From Eledone cirrhosa (lineage: Eukaryota): a DNA stretch of 64,000 bases. Location: contig OZ024740.1 of assembly GCA_964016885.1 (NCBI GenBank), positions 68,386,001-68,450,000 of the forward strand, given 5' to 3'. The notes under the pieces were generated by a model. It was not told where the DNA came from. It saw nothing but the letters and a program-made list of their open reading frames with translations, and did not search any database. The stretch's first letter is position 1; every line of letters starts with the position of its first letter. This document shows, piece after piece, positions 26,101-37,805 of this stretch. The position numbers were made by a program, and so were the translations under genes.

Positions 26101-28098
26101 TTACCTTACTTCTCGTAGGGGAAGGACGGCTTTTCCATCCTTTTCACTGCTTGTGGCCTCCTCAGGAAGGATGTCCTTATAAATCCTCCTGGAGAGTGCT
26201 TGTCGGAAGTCTCCGATGTCTTTGGGGAATTTTTGTTTTAGTGTCATGTACGTTTTCTGTGTGATGCGAGTGATTTGTATGTGTGGAGGTGGTGTGAATT
26301 TTGGGGTTGTTGTGTAGTCTTTTTCTGTGATGCTGGTGTCGTGTTGGATGTAGTGTAATAATTGCTTGTTGTTCAAATTTAATGCTGTGTAGTGTGTATC
26401 GTTTTGGTTGTTTTGTTTTGTTTGCGTTTGTTGTGGGTTAGTTTCTGTTTCGCATTTTGGTGACTTTTGTGGTGTAGGTGATGGTGGTGTTGGAGTTAAT
26501 GATGGTGATGGTGTTGGTGTTTGGGTTGATGGGGTTGATGATGCTGGTGTGGATGGTGGCATATCTGTCCTAACTTTTTTGTTTCTTAGTTTATTTGTTT
26601 CCCTCTGTATTTTGTTTTTGGAGGGGGAAGGAAGAGAATTTTTTCTTTTTTGGTTTCTTTTTTTTTTTCCGGATATCGTTTCCCACTCCTCGTCGTCACA
26701 ATCTGTCTCCAGTTGTGATAGACCGGGGAGTGGAAAATCCTCCACAGCCGTTAGTTTTGGTTGTGGTGTGGTGGATGGTGTAGGCGCTGGTGCTAGTTCT
26801 GAAGTTTGGGTGGTGGTGGTGTTGGTTTTGCTGGTGGTGGTAGTGGTGTTGGATTTGCTACTGTTGCTGGGGTTGTTGCTGTTATAGTTGCTTCTGTTGT
26901 TGCTGCTACAGTTGTAGCTGCCATCTCTGCTACTGGTGGTGTTGATGGTTGTGTCACTGGGGTGGGTAGGAGAGGTGGCCTCAACCTTTTAGCCTGAGGG
27001 TAGAAAGCCCTTAGGTGGGTTCCTTCACCACAAACGACACACCTAGGTCTTCTGCCCTCGACAATTACCGTGAGGTGGCTGCGGTCAGTGAGGTCTATTA
27101 CCTCTGGGATCTCCTCAATGCTTTTTTGGTCCACTTGGATCAGGAGCTCCATCCCAGATCCGGACCAGTTTTCCTGCTTTTCTTTTGCTACTGCTATTAT
27201 GTTCGTGTTGGTTTCGATGCCAGCGAGGACAGCCGCTATTAGCCAGGGAATTTCGATGGCCGGTGGAACGTGGGTCACCCTGATCTTTACGAGTCTCTGG
27301 CCACAATAGCTTGGGACGAGTGTGAGGTCGTCACTTTTTAATGGGGCCATAGAGTGTTCTCTAGCCTCCTCTGGTGTTTCAAAGAACACATCCACGGTTC
27401 CATACTTTTGCCCCACGTCTGATGTGGGTTTTTCTTGCCCACACATGTCCCAAAGCTTTTTGGATTTGGGACTCGGATGCCCGTTCCACTCGGCGCGATT
27501 TTACATTTATTGTTCTATACGACATGGTGCACAGGCGCCGATGCTCCATTTTATTAGGTGTGTGTGTGGGGGGGGGGGGGAGGCTGACCCTGTACCCATC
27601 TTTCTTTACCATTTGTTTGGCATTTTCTAAATCTTCTTGAGTTACCGTGAACTCTTCAAATTGTTCTGCTACGATGGCGAAACTGAGGGTCGGTTTTATA
27701 ATGTCATTGTTGTTGTTGTTGCTATCGTTAATATTAATTTTATTTTCAGTTGTGGTGGTGGTGACGTCAGTCGTCTTTGGTGGGGAAGAGTCCATTTTGC
27801 TTGATTTCATTTCGACGTCACGAGTTAATTTATTTTTTTCTTCTTTTGTTTCTGTTGTCGCGGTGGTGGTGGTGGTGGTGGTTGTCGCGGTGGTGGTGGT
27901 GGTGGAGGCTTTAACACCTGCAGTCATTGGTAATGGCGGGAAATGAATGTCTGCCTGAGACAAATTTAAAATATTGCTACTGCTTATATTTTTTTTTGTG
28001 TTGGCAAACGTAGTAACATTTACAATGGTGGTGTCGGTGTGAGGTGTTATTCTGTGAGGAAGGCTTTCAGCTGCTTCGTGCAGAGGTGAAGTAGCCAT
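26101..28098 (-). pseudogene. Tx1 copy A ORF1 (gag-like, RRM-like plus zinc knuckle), frameshifted
   Basis: Three ORF pieces; knuckle CVVCGEGTHLRAFY with the last Cys lost; homologous to copy B ORF1. Confidence 0.85.
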
Positions 28099-28306
28099 TT
28101 TCTTTCAAAGAAATTTTTTGATAATAATAAAAGTTAAAATTTTGGGCACAAGGCCCCAATCTTTTTGGGTGTCCTTTTCGGAAAACAATGTATGTGTGCT
28201 TATAAACAGTTAACAATAAAATTTTCCATAAATGGCAATTTTTAACAAACGGAAATAACAAACCTTTGCGGAGCTCACGATGATACGATTTACTACGTAG
28301 GTCGCC

Positions 28307-28350
<44 letters not shown>

Positions 28351-28598
28351 TTTCTTTATTAACCACAAGGGTTTACATAAAGTAGACATTAAGGACAGTG
28401 CAGGACAATGCAGGACGGTACAAATGGGCATTTCTGCGTGTAAAAAACAAAAACAGAGGATGTAACAAAAAATAACAATGAAAAATTCCCCAATAGGGGG
28501 GAGACTTCGGAGGGACATTTGTGGAGAAAGCCCAGTAAAAAGCCACAATGACCCTGACCACCAAGGTAAGTGCCCTCTCCCAGTTTTCCACCTTTAAT

Positions 28599-31500
28599 TT
28601 ACAGATATATGCTCAGAGTAGGCCCATTCACTCGGGCCATTCTTGCTTCTCTCACCCATCTTTCAACAAAATGCTTGGAAGAGAGCACTTCCCTCTCTAC
28701 TCTGATTTTCCTTTTCAAATGAAATTTGAAAAAGTCAATCAGAGCATCACCGAAGAGGTAAGTGCTCGTCTTCAGCCCTTTCAAACGTGTCCACCATACT
28801 ATCTCTTTCGCCATGGCCACCAGGCAGATAAAAACTGCCTGCCCTTCCCGGCTAAAGGAGTAGGGCGGGGCAATCCTCACGATGGACTCAGATGATAGCC
28901 GGATCCGTCCTAAACGCGACAGCAGGTGTTCGACATAAACCCACAAGTCAGCAATTTTCGGACACTGGACGAGTGCGTGCAGGACGGTTTCGTCGCCCTG
29001 CGCGCATCTCGGACATGCCCGGCTGACGGCACCTCCATGCCTGTAGAGTTTATCCCGAACTGGCAAGGCTCCTCGGTAGCACTGCCAGGCCAGAGATTTC
29101 TGGAAGTTGTCCATAGGCCCTGGCCCGAAAGTTCTTCCGAAGAGATTGGCTAGTTGATTTTCGTCGACGCCTAGAGTTTCCCCAAGTACGTCGTCGCTCT
29201 TCCCCTCCACTAATCCTCTATAGAACGCCGAGGTGGAGTTTCCACCGATCACATTGCCCGATTGGTCGAGGGCTGTGAGCGCCTGAAGACATTCCAGTCT
29301 CCAGGCGCTCCCTCTCGGTCTTCGCTTGACCCAGGACTGCAGCTCCGTCAAGGAAACGAGCTGGGGAAACACGCGTCTAGCAAACGGCGACCACACCTGA
29401 TCACCGTCGAGGAAGAGGTGGAGATGTCGTAGCCTGAGCGCGTGCCTGCGCATCATCAGCCACGGCATGCCCAGCCCTCCACGTAGCGGGTGTTGACAAC
29501 AGATGGACCGCCTGACCATCGGAGCGCGTCCCTTCCACAAAAAGCGAAAGAGCAAACGCTCCAGCACAGTCAGGCGAGGCTTAGGACAAGGTACGACGGT
29601 CAGGCGGTAGCAGATGACGGACGCGATGTACGCGTTAGCCACCTCCGCTCGACCTTTCAGGGATAGCTTCCTCTCGGCCCATTTCTGGGTGAGAGAAGCC
29701 ACCCTGCTCGTCACCTCGTCCCAGTTTTTGTCCGTCTGGAGGTCCGGACCGAACCAGACCCCTAGCAATTTAACCGGTCCGTCCGACCAGCGTCCGACGA
29801 CGCTGTTGGACGGCATGGACCTGCCTCTCCAGGTGCCGAGCTGCAGGCCCACTGACTTTTTCTGGTTGATCATTGCTCCTGTCACCGCTTCGTATTCTCT
29901 TAGTGTAGGGCCGATCGCCTCGATGTGTTTGGCGTTCGACACCACTACGGTGACATCGTCCGCATATGCTGATACGGATCTTCCGCATCCTAGTTCGCGC
30001 GGGACCCCCCTCAACGTCTCCAGTTTGTGCAGTAATGGCTCGAGAGTCAATACGTACAAGAGGGACGAGAGGGGACATCCTTGGCGGACCGAGCGCATGA
30101 TGTTGAACGGTTCCGACAGGTGACCGTTCACTCTCACCACAGAGCAGATGTCGCTGTGCATGGCAGCGATCCAGCCTCTGAAGACGGGCCCAAAGCCAGC
30201 CGCCCTCAGGACTGCCGCTAGGTAACGATGGTCGACCCTATCGAAAGCTTTCGACTGATCTAAATTGATCAAGGACCCACCCGTGCCAGGTTCCCTAGCT
30301 ACCCTCTCTACGATGTATCGCATGAGGTGGAGGTTGTCGTGGATGGATCTGTCGGGAATGGCGCATGTCTGCGCCTCTCCCACCAGACCACCAACGACAA
30401 GCGCCAACCTCTTTGCTAGCACCTTGGCCAAAATCTTAAACTCTGTGTTTAGCAGAGTTATGGGCCGGAAATTGTCTATGTTATCCCCCTTGTTCGGATC
30501 CTTTCTCAGCAGTGCCACCGCTCCTCGGCTCACAGAACTGGGAATTCTCCCGTTCTGTTGCCAGTTGCAGTAGACGTCCGCCAAGAGGCCTCCGAACAAG
30601 TCTGGCATCTGTACGTAAAGTTCATAGGGCAGACCATCCAAACCAGGCGATTTACCCCTTGTGCAGCCAGTCATTGCCTCCCGTACTTCAGCGGCTGTTA
30701 TCGGCTTTTCGCAACACCTCGCCTCAGTGGCCGAGAGCCGCGGCAGTCCGTCGAGGTAGACACTAAAGTCCATCCCTCTACCCGGCCCCCCGCTGCCCCC
30801 GAACAGCTGAGCGAAGTGTCGCTGAAAAGCTTCACACATTTGCCCGGGATCGAGTAGCATGCGCCCGTCGTGGTCCACCAAAGACCGGATCGTGGCTTTG
30901 TTGCCACGACGCGCCTCCGCCACTCGGGCCCATTGAACGGCTTTCGTCCCCTCGTGTCTGAGAGCACGCACCCTAGCTCTGACAACGCAGCCTTCGTGCT
31001 TTGCATTGAAGAATTGGTCAAGGGCCAATTTCGCCGCAAGCACGTCGGTCGCAATGCCTTTGCTAAGCGCCTCGTCTAATTTTCTAACTAGTTCTCCCTC
31101 TGCTCTATTTTTCTCTATTGCTAAAGCCTTACTAAATCTAATTGATTCTATTCTAATCGCTCTTTTCAGAGCAAACCACCACTTGTTGTTGACGATGGCC
31201 CCCGTCAACGCCCGCTTAACTAGTTCGCTAATCCGGTCTCTGTAGGCCTTGCGCGCTGGTAAGGACGCGTTTAGCTTCCAGTAGCCGGGTCCTCGTCTAT
31301 GAAGCCTATCTAAGTCAAGCACACAGATCACGAATTTGTGGTCCGTGTAGCTGACTATCTTGAATTGTGGACAGCCTATGCTAGACCTATCTATTTCCCT
31401 ACAAAATACTCTATCTAGATATGATCTGGATGACCCTATGCGGTTTGTCCAAGTCCACATTGGCACATTCGGGAAATCCAATCGGTACCTGTCAGACAGT

Positions 31501-32018
31501 TCAAAACGCCTGAGCAGGTTGGTGAGGCTCTTGCACCCTCCACCCCTATCCGCTAATCCCACACAGTCCCAGCGTGCATCTAAGATCCCGTTCCAGTCGC
31601 CCACTAACACTAAAGAGCGGGACGTTCCAAGAAAGGTCTCCAGACGCCGGAAGAAATCAGGCCGCCCTGCTCCTGTCGGGGCATAGACGGCCACTAGCCT
31701 GAAAGCTTGCCCGTCTCCGCTGGTCACGTCCAGCACCACCAGCTTACCCTCTGGGTCCAGGAAGATGGCCCGTATGGCGAGATCCAAACCTCTCCGAAAA
31801 AGCACAGCAACTCCTCCACCCGATCCAGGACGGCTGGGAGATGCGTACACATCGTAGCCGCCGAAGATCGGTGCGAAGGCCCGTGCTTCGGAGATTCTGG
31901 TCTCGCTGATGGCCACTACATCTATGTTTAGTGACCTGAGGTCGTTGCGCAGGTGACCCTGCTTCCATGACGACCCCAAGCCACGCGCATTTATGCTGCC
32001 TATTCTGAGTGAGGTCAT
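28599..32018 (-). CDS. Intact ORF2p: AP-like endonuclease, reverse transcriptase, C-terminal CCHC (zf-RVT)
   Basis: 1139 aa with SINARG, SET, VYAP, GDWN, YLDR, TDH; KSPGLDG, FRPITLLN, DQSKAFD, QGCPLS, YADD, LLG; CPRC...ETVLHALVQC. Confidence 0.95.
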   Translation of the reverse strand: MTSLRIGSINARGLGSSWKQGHLRNDLRSLNIDVVAISETRISEARAFAPIFGGYDVYASPSRPGSGGGVAVLFRRGLDLAIRAIFLDPEGKLVVLDVTSGDGQAFRLVAVYAPTGAGRPDFFRRLETFLGTSRSLVLVGDWNGILDARWDCVGLADRGGGCKSLTNLLRRFELSDRYRLDFPNVPMWTWTNRIGSSRSYLDRVFCREIDRSSIGCPQFKIVSYTDHKFVICVLDLDRLHRRGPGYWKLNASLPARKAYRDRISELVKRALTGAIVNNKWWFALKRAIRIESIRFSKALAIEKNRAEGELVRKLDEALSKGIATDVLAAKLALDQFFNAKHEGCVVRARVRALRHEGTKAVQWARVAEARRGNKATIRSLVDHDGRMLLDPGQMCEAFQRHFAQLFGGSGGPGRGMDFSVYLDGLPRLSATEARCCEKPITAAEVREAMTGCTRGKSPGLDGLPYELYVQMPDLFGGLLADVYCNWQQNGRIPSSVSRGAVALLRKDPNKGDNIDNFRPITLLNTEFKILAKVLAKRLALVVGGLVGEAQTCAIPDRSIHDNLHLMRYIVERVAREPGTGGSLINLDQSKAFDRVDHRYLAAVLRAAGFGPVFRGWIAAMHSDICSVVRVNGHLSEPFNIMRSVRQGCPLSSLLYVLTLEPLLHKLETLRGVPRELGCGRSVSAYADDVTVVVSNAKHIEAIGPTLREYEAVTGAMINQKKSVGLQLGTWRGRSMPSNSVVGRWSDGPVKLLGVWFGPDLQTDKNWDEVTSRVASLTQKWAERKLSLKGRAEVANAYIASVICYRLTVVPCPKPRLTVLERLLFRFLWKGRAPMVRRSICCQHPLRGGLGMPWLMMRRHALRLRHLHLFLDGDQVWSPFARRVFPQLVSLTELQSWVKRRPRGSAWRLECLQALTALDQSGNVIGGNSTSAFYRGLVEGKSDDVLGETLGVDENQLANLFGRTFGPGPMDNFQKSLAWQCYRGALPVRDKLYRHGGAVSRACPRCAQGDETVLHALVQCPKIADLWVYVEHLLSRLGRIRLSSESIVRIAPPYSFSREGQAVFICLVAMAKEIVWWTRLKGLKTSTYLFGDALIDFFKFHLKRKIRVEREVLSSKHFVERWVREARMARVNGPTLSIYL

Positions 32019-32052
32019 GTTTAAATAGAGTGGAAAAGATGGGAAAGACCAC

Positions 32053-34148
32053 TTACCGTACTTTTGGTAGAGGAGGGATGGTTTTTACATCCCTTTTCAC
32101 TTGATCGTCTGGTGAAGGGACCGTTGAATCGTCCCTTCGGCTGGTCGTCGGCTCTTCTAAGAGAATGTCTGAATATACTCTTCGATTGATGGTTCCTCCT
32201 AGGTCCCTGAAATCACCAACTGCGTTGGGGAATTTCGTTTTAATGTTTGTGTATTGTTTCTGTGCTATTTTTAGCAGTCTTATGTTAGTTGGCGTTTTGA
32301 TTGGTGCTGGTATTATGTAGTCCTGTTGTGAAATGTCTGTGTGTTCAATTATGTAAGTCATTAGTTTCTTGTTGTGTGTGTTTATTGCCGTGCATTTGTT
32401 TTTCTGGGGGTGGGGTGTGGTTCTGCTATTTTCTTGTCGTTGTTGCTGGGTGTGTGTGTTTTGTTGTTGTGTTTGCGATGTTGGTGCTTGTGGTGGTGGT
32501 GTTGAAGGTGTTGTTGGCGGTGGGGTTGTCGCCGGTGGTGATGGTGGTGCTGGTGTGGGTGGTGATGGTGTTGGTGGTGTTGCTGCTGTGGTCTCTTTGC
32601 AGTAGACTTTACCCTTTTCTCATTTCTTTCCTCCCTTTTCAAAGGCGACGATGCTCTGCTTCTGCGTTTGTGCCTTCTTGCGACCTTTTGCCATCCCTCT
32701 CCCACCTCACACTCCATGTCTGATTCTGTAAGGTCGGGGAGGGGTACCAGCTCCACTCGTTCACTTGTTGTTGTTGGTGATGTTTGCACTGGAGTCTCTG
32801 TTGCAGCAGCATTTGGTATTGCTGTTGTTGTTGTTAATATTTCCACTGCTGCTGCTGTCTTTGATTTCCGTGGAGTGGGTATGGGTGCCACGGACCTATC
32901 GTTCCTGGTTGCCGCTTGTCCTGTTGCTGGTAGCCGTGGAGCCGGATTCGGAAGGAGGGGGGTTTTCTCCTTTCTCAGGGTCTTCTCGTTGCAGAAGGCC
33001 CTGAGGTGAGTCTTCGATCCACAGCGAAAGCATTTCGGGCGTTTGCCCTCAACACTTATGGGCAGTTGAGTGCCGTTATCGAAGTCTATCACATCCGGGA
33101 TAGCTTCGATGCACTCCTGGTTGGTTTGGATTAGCATCTCAATGGAGGAGCCGACCCAATCTTCTCTTACTTTTTTCTGTACTTGCAGTACAGTTGTTTT
33201 GTCCTCGATTCCGACGAGGACAGACGCGGCCAGCCAAGAACGGGTCATTCCGGGGGGGACGTGGGTCAGTTTGACCCTCACAATTTTTTGCCCGCAGTAG
33301 GAGGGCACCAACACCATTTCCTCGCTCCTTAGGGTCACTACTGATTGGGCCTTTGCCTCCTGGGGTGTGGCAAAAAGTACGTCTACGGTGGCGTATTTTT
33401 TGCCTCGGGTGATGTGCGTTTTCCGCTGCCACACAGACCCCAAGGCTTTTTGTATTTGGGCCTCTGTGGCTCTTTCCACCCTACGGGATTTTGTACTTAC
33501 TGTACGGTACGTGACCGTACAGTGCTCTTGGGTTTCGAAAAATGTTTTCGCTGCCTTGCAGATTGCTCGGTGTCCGTTCTTTGTCACCGTCTTCTTCGCT
33601 TCCTCTAATTCCTCATTTGTTATGAGGATTGTTTCCAAGTTTTTCGCAATACCTGCAAATGAGATTGGTTTTTCTCTGCTGTTGTTGTTGTCGTCAGAGC
33701 TGCTGGTACTTTTGTTGTTGCTGCAGGTACTACGACTACTGCCTCCGCCGCTGTTGCTGTGGTTGTTGTTGGTGTTGCTGCTGCTAATGCTGTTGTTGTT
33801 TATGCTGCTGGTGATGCTGTTGCGGCTGCTACTGTTGTTTTCATTGTCACTGTTGCTGTTGTTATTACGGCTGCTACTGCTATTATTCCTGACGTCAGAC
33901 GAATGAACTGGGTTTTCGTATTTCCCGCACACCTGTTTCGTCGCTGTCGTCGTCGTCGTGGAGAAACCTTGCACGCTTTGCACGAGACTTTTCTTTTCTT
34001 TCGTCACTTGCGAAAGAGAAGGGAGGGAGAGAGACACATTTAAAGAAGGGAGGGAGAGAGACAATCTTCTCTCTGCTGTAGTGATGATTGAGGAAGAAGA
34101 AGACGGAATGAGTGGGAGTGACGTATGAAATTTCTTTTTCGTAGCCAT
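32053..34148 (-). pseudogene. Tx1 copy B ORF1 with a single frameshift near 32590-32620
   Basis: ATG at 34148 (MATKKK), S/N-rich linker, RRM-like core, CFRCGSKTHLRAFC knuckle. The C-terminus continues in the frame ...CTAINTHNKKLMTYII...KVR. Confidence 0.85.
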
Positions 34149-34400
34149 GTTGTTTTTTTGTTTAAAATGAAATGTTGGGTACAAAACCCCAATAACTGGT
34201 TATTTAACCCCGAAGGGCCAAATAACGGACAGAAAGACCCCTCTCACGAGGAGGAGGGTGTCTTTATCAACAATTTGGTTCAAGTTTTAAACAATTTACA
34301 ATTGTTTTAACGGTTAAAAATTACTATACCTTACAGAGCCGAGCCTCCGTCAACCATGGCATTCAATAATAATAATAATAATAATAACAATAATAATAAT

Positions 34401-35491
34401 GATTTCTTTATTGGCTACACGGGCTGATATCAAGAAAAACATCACAGACGGAACAGGACGGTACGATGTGCGTGTAAATATTTTTATTATTTATGTAAGA
34501 AAAGAAAAGAAGACATAAAACATATATATATATATAAACGATAAAATGAAAATTGAAACAATGAAAAATTCCCCAATAGGGAGGAAACCACTGAGGATTA
34601 CTCGTGGCGAAAACCACACAGAATACAACGGCCACCCTGACAACCAGTGCAAGCGGCCTCTCTCAATTTTTCCATCTCTCAAACTACAGACGTATATTCA
34701 GAGTGTTCACAGTGTTCACGTATGTTCACTCGGACCATTCTCGCTACATTCACCCACCTTTCAACAAACTTGCTAGAAAGCATCACTTGCCTCTCCACCC
34801 TGATTTTCCTCTTCAAATGAAACTTGAAAAAGTTAATCAGGGATTCGCCGAAGAGGAAAGTGTTTGTCTTTAATCCTTTTAACCTTGTCCACCACACAAT
34901 CTCTTTCGCCATTGCAGATGAAAACCGCCTGCCCTTCCTCCTCAAAGGAAGACGGCGAGACCATCTGCACAATGGACTCAGTCGACAACCGGATCAGTCC
35001 CACACGTGACAGCAACTGTTCGACATAGCTCCACAAGTCAGCAATGCTCGGGCACTGAACGAGTGCGTGCACAACGGTTTCGTCGCTATGTGCGCATCTC
35101 GCACAGGCTTGTCTGACGGCACTTCGTGCTTGTAGAGCTTATCTCGAACCGGCAGCGCTAGCCGGTAGCACTGCCAGGCCAGGGATTTTTGGAAATTATC
35201 CATAGGCCCCGGGCTGAAAGTTCTCTGGAAGAGAGCAAGCAGCTGATCTTCTTCGACGCCCAGGATCTCTCCGAGAACGTCGTCGCTCTTCCCCTCCACT
35301 AGTCCTCTATAGAACGCCGAGGTGGATGTTTCACCGATACTAGTGCCCAACTGGTAGAGGGCAGTGAGCGCCTGGAGACATTCCAGTTTCCAAGCGCTAT
35401 CCCTCGGTCTTTTTCTGACCCAGGACTGCAGCTCCGTCAAGGAGACGAGCTGTGGGAAAATGTGCTTGGCGAACGTCGACCACACCCGTTC
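34401..35491 (-). mobile_element. 5'-truncated Tx1-like LINE, copy C (related subfamily)
   Basis: ORF2 C-terminal fragments (FPQLVSLTELQSW, MDNFQKSLAWQCYR) plus 3'UTR; followed by (AAT)15 at 35492-35536. Confidence 0.92.
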
Positions 35492-35536
<45 letters not shown>

Positions 35537-35538
<2 letters not shown>

Positions 35539-37805
35539 ATTACATTCCTGCTTCCGAAGAATGATGAGACAAACAATCCCAAAAATTACAGACCGATAAC
35601 TTGCTTGACCACAATGTATAAAATGTTAACATCAGTCCTAACTGAATACACATATGACCACCTGATAACAAATGACCTATTTCCCATTGAGCAGAAAGGG
35701 TGTAAACGAGGCTCATATGGCTGTAAGGATCAGCTTCTGGTTAACAAAAAAATGATACTGGAAGATTGTCATAATAGACACAGAAATCTATCGATTGCTT
35801 GGATAGATTATAAAAAAGCACTTGATAGTTTGCCACACAGTTGGATTGAAAAATGTTTAGAGATTTTCAAAGTATCCCCCGTTGTCAGGAGGTTTTTGTC
35901 ATTAAGTATGAAGACATGGAAAACGACACTCCTTTTGAATAGTGAAACAAAATCACTGGAAGCTGGAGAAGTTATTATTAAGTGTGGAATTTTTCAGGGT
36001 GACTCTTTATCACCGCTTTTATTCTGCATCGCACTTATACCATTAAGTAAAATGCTCAAGGAATCAAAACATGGATATAAAGTCTATGACAAAACCATTA
36101 ATCACCTGTTCTACATGGATGACCTGAAACTATTTGCAAAAAATGATGAACAATTGCAAGGGCTATTATCCACTGTGAAGCAGTTCAGTGATGACATTAA
36201 AATGGAGTTTGGACTAGATAAATGCGCCAAAGCAACGTTCACCAGAGGAAAGCTGCTGAAGAGTTCAGACATTAATCTTGATCGGGGGAACGTGATAAGA
36301 GAACTTGATCAAGAAAAAACTTACAAATATCTAGGTGTTTGTGAAGGAGACGGAATCAAGCACTCGACAATGAGGGAAAGGATAAGGAAGGAATGTTACC
36401 GCAGAGTGAGAGCAATCTTAAAAACGGAATTGAATGCAAGGAATAGGATCGATGCCATAAACACGCTTGCCATACCAGTAGTAACCTACAGTTACAATGT
36501 CATCAACTGGTCAAGCACAGAGATCCGTAGGCTCGATACAAAAATTCGAAAATTCTTAACCATGCACAGAATGCATCACCCTAAAGCAGATATAGATAGA
36601 ATATATCTCCCTAGGAAAGAAGGAGGACGTGGGTTAATCCAGTTAGACATTGCGTTGAAAACTGCAACAATTGGATTATCTACATATCTAAGGGAATCAC
36701 ATGATTGAATGATCAAACTCGTTTTGAAACACGAAAGCATCAAAAGATCATATTCCATTACAAAAGATGCACAAAGATACAGTAATGGACTACAAATTTC
36801 AGAAGTCCCATTTACTGCTGAAATGGAAAACACAGAAAAAGCAAAGCAGGTAAAAGTAACTACAAAGAAAGAACTGCTACAGAAACTGGCTAAGAAATGG
36901 CAAGAAAAGCCTCTGTATGGAAAATACCCAGAGCGAGCTAACAATCCTGATGTTGACAAAACTTTAACCCATCAGTGGTTGGCATCCTCTGGACTGAAAT
37001 CGGAGTCTGAAGGACTGATTATATCGGCACAAGATCAGTGTCTGCCAACAAAAGATTACCAAGCCAACTTAATAAAAAATGGGTGCAGCCCATTATGCCG
37101 TGTATGCAAAAAATAACCAGAGACCATTGACCATATAATTTCAATGTGCAGTCCTATAGCTCCAACCGAATACCTAAACAGGCATGACAGAAATGCACAA
37201 TACATACATTGGATAATGTGTAAGCATTTTGACCTGCCCCATCAAAAGAATTGGTGGGAGCATCAACCACCTCCCATACTTGAAAAAGATCACATCTCAA
37301 TCTTGTTGGACTTTAGCATCCAAACAGACCGAAAAATAGATGCAAACAGACCTGATATAATATTGAAAGACTTTCAAAAGAGGGTATGCCTGCTAATTGA
37401 TATGTCTGTTTCAATAGACAAGAATGTATCTATAAAAACATTTGAAAAATTGAGCAAGTATAAGGACCTGGAGATAGAAATTGGAAAAATGTGGAAATTG
37501 AGAACTAAAACAATACCAGTGGTTGTAGGCGCTCTGGGAATGATACCTAAGGGGTCTAATGATTACATATCGCAAATCCCAGGAAACCCGCGTATAGGAG
37601 AAATACAAAAGATAGTACTAATGGGAACTCCCCATATACTAAGGAAGATTCTGTCAATATAAGTACATAACAAGTCTAAACACTAAAGATGCATGTGTGA
37701 ATATGTATGTTCTTTCTTGAAAATGGCGTACCTTGTTGTCTCTTGAGGTCACTGGTTGTGACTTGGTGATAACTCGTATGAACATAAAGCAAGATAAATG
37801 CAACT

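Larger units (their letters stand above)
22406..28306 (-). mobile_element. Full-length L1/Tx1-like LINE, copy A (inactivated)
   Basis: 5'UTR, ORF1, ORF2 and 3'UTR; bounded by (AAT)n on both sides. Confidence 0.93.
28349..34364 (-). mobile_element. Full-length L1/Tx1-like LINE, copy B (young)
   Basis: Lies between (AAT)14 at 28307-28348 and (AAT)12 at 34365-34400; the 3' end has AATAAA but no poly(A). Confidence 0.95.

Noticed and set aside
32382-32600. His/Gln-rich C-terminus of the 600-aa ORF1, and the idea of a programmed frameshift
   Set aside because: The tail is out-of-frame reading after an indel. Copy A shifts at different places and no conserved slippery site was seen.
22598-34043. 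Numerous plus-strand ORFs overlapping the Tx1 elements
   Set aside because: Antisense shadows of GC-rich coding sequence; they recur only because the elements are near-identical.
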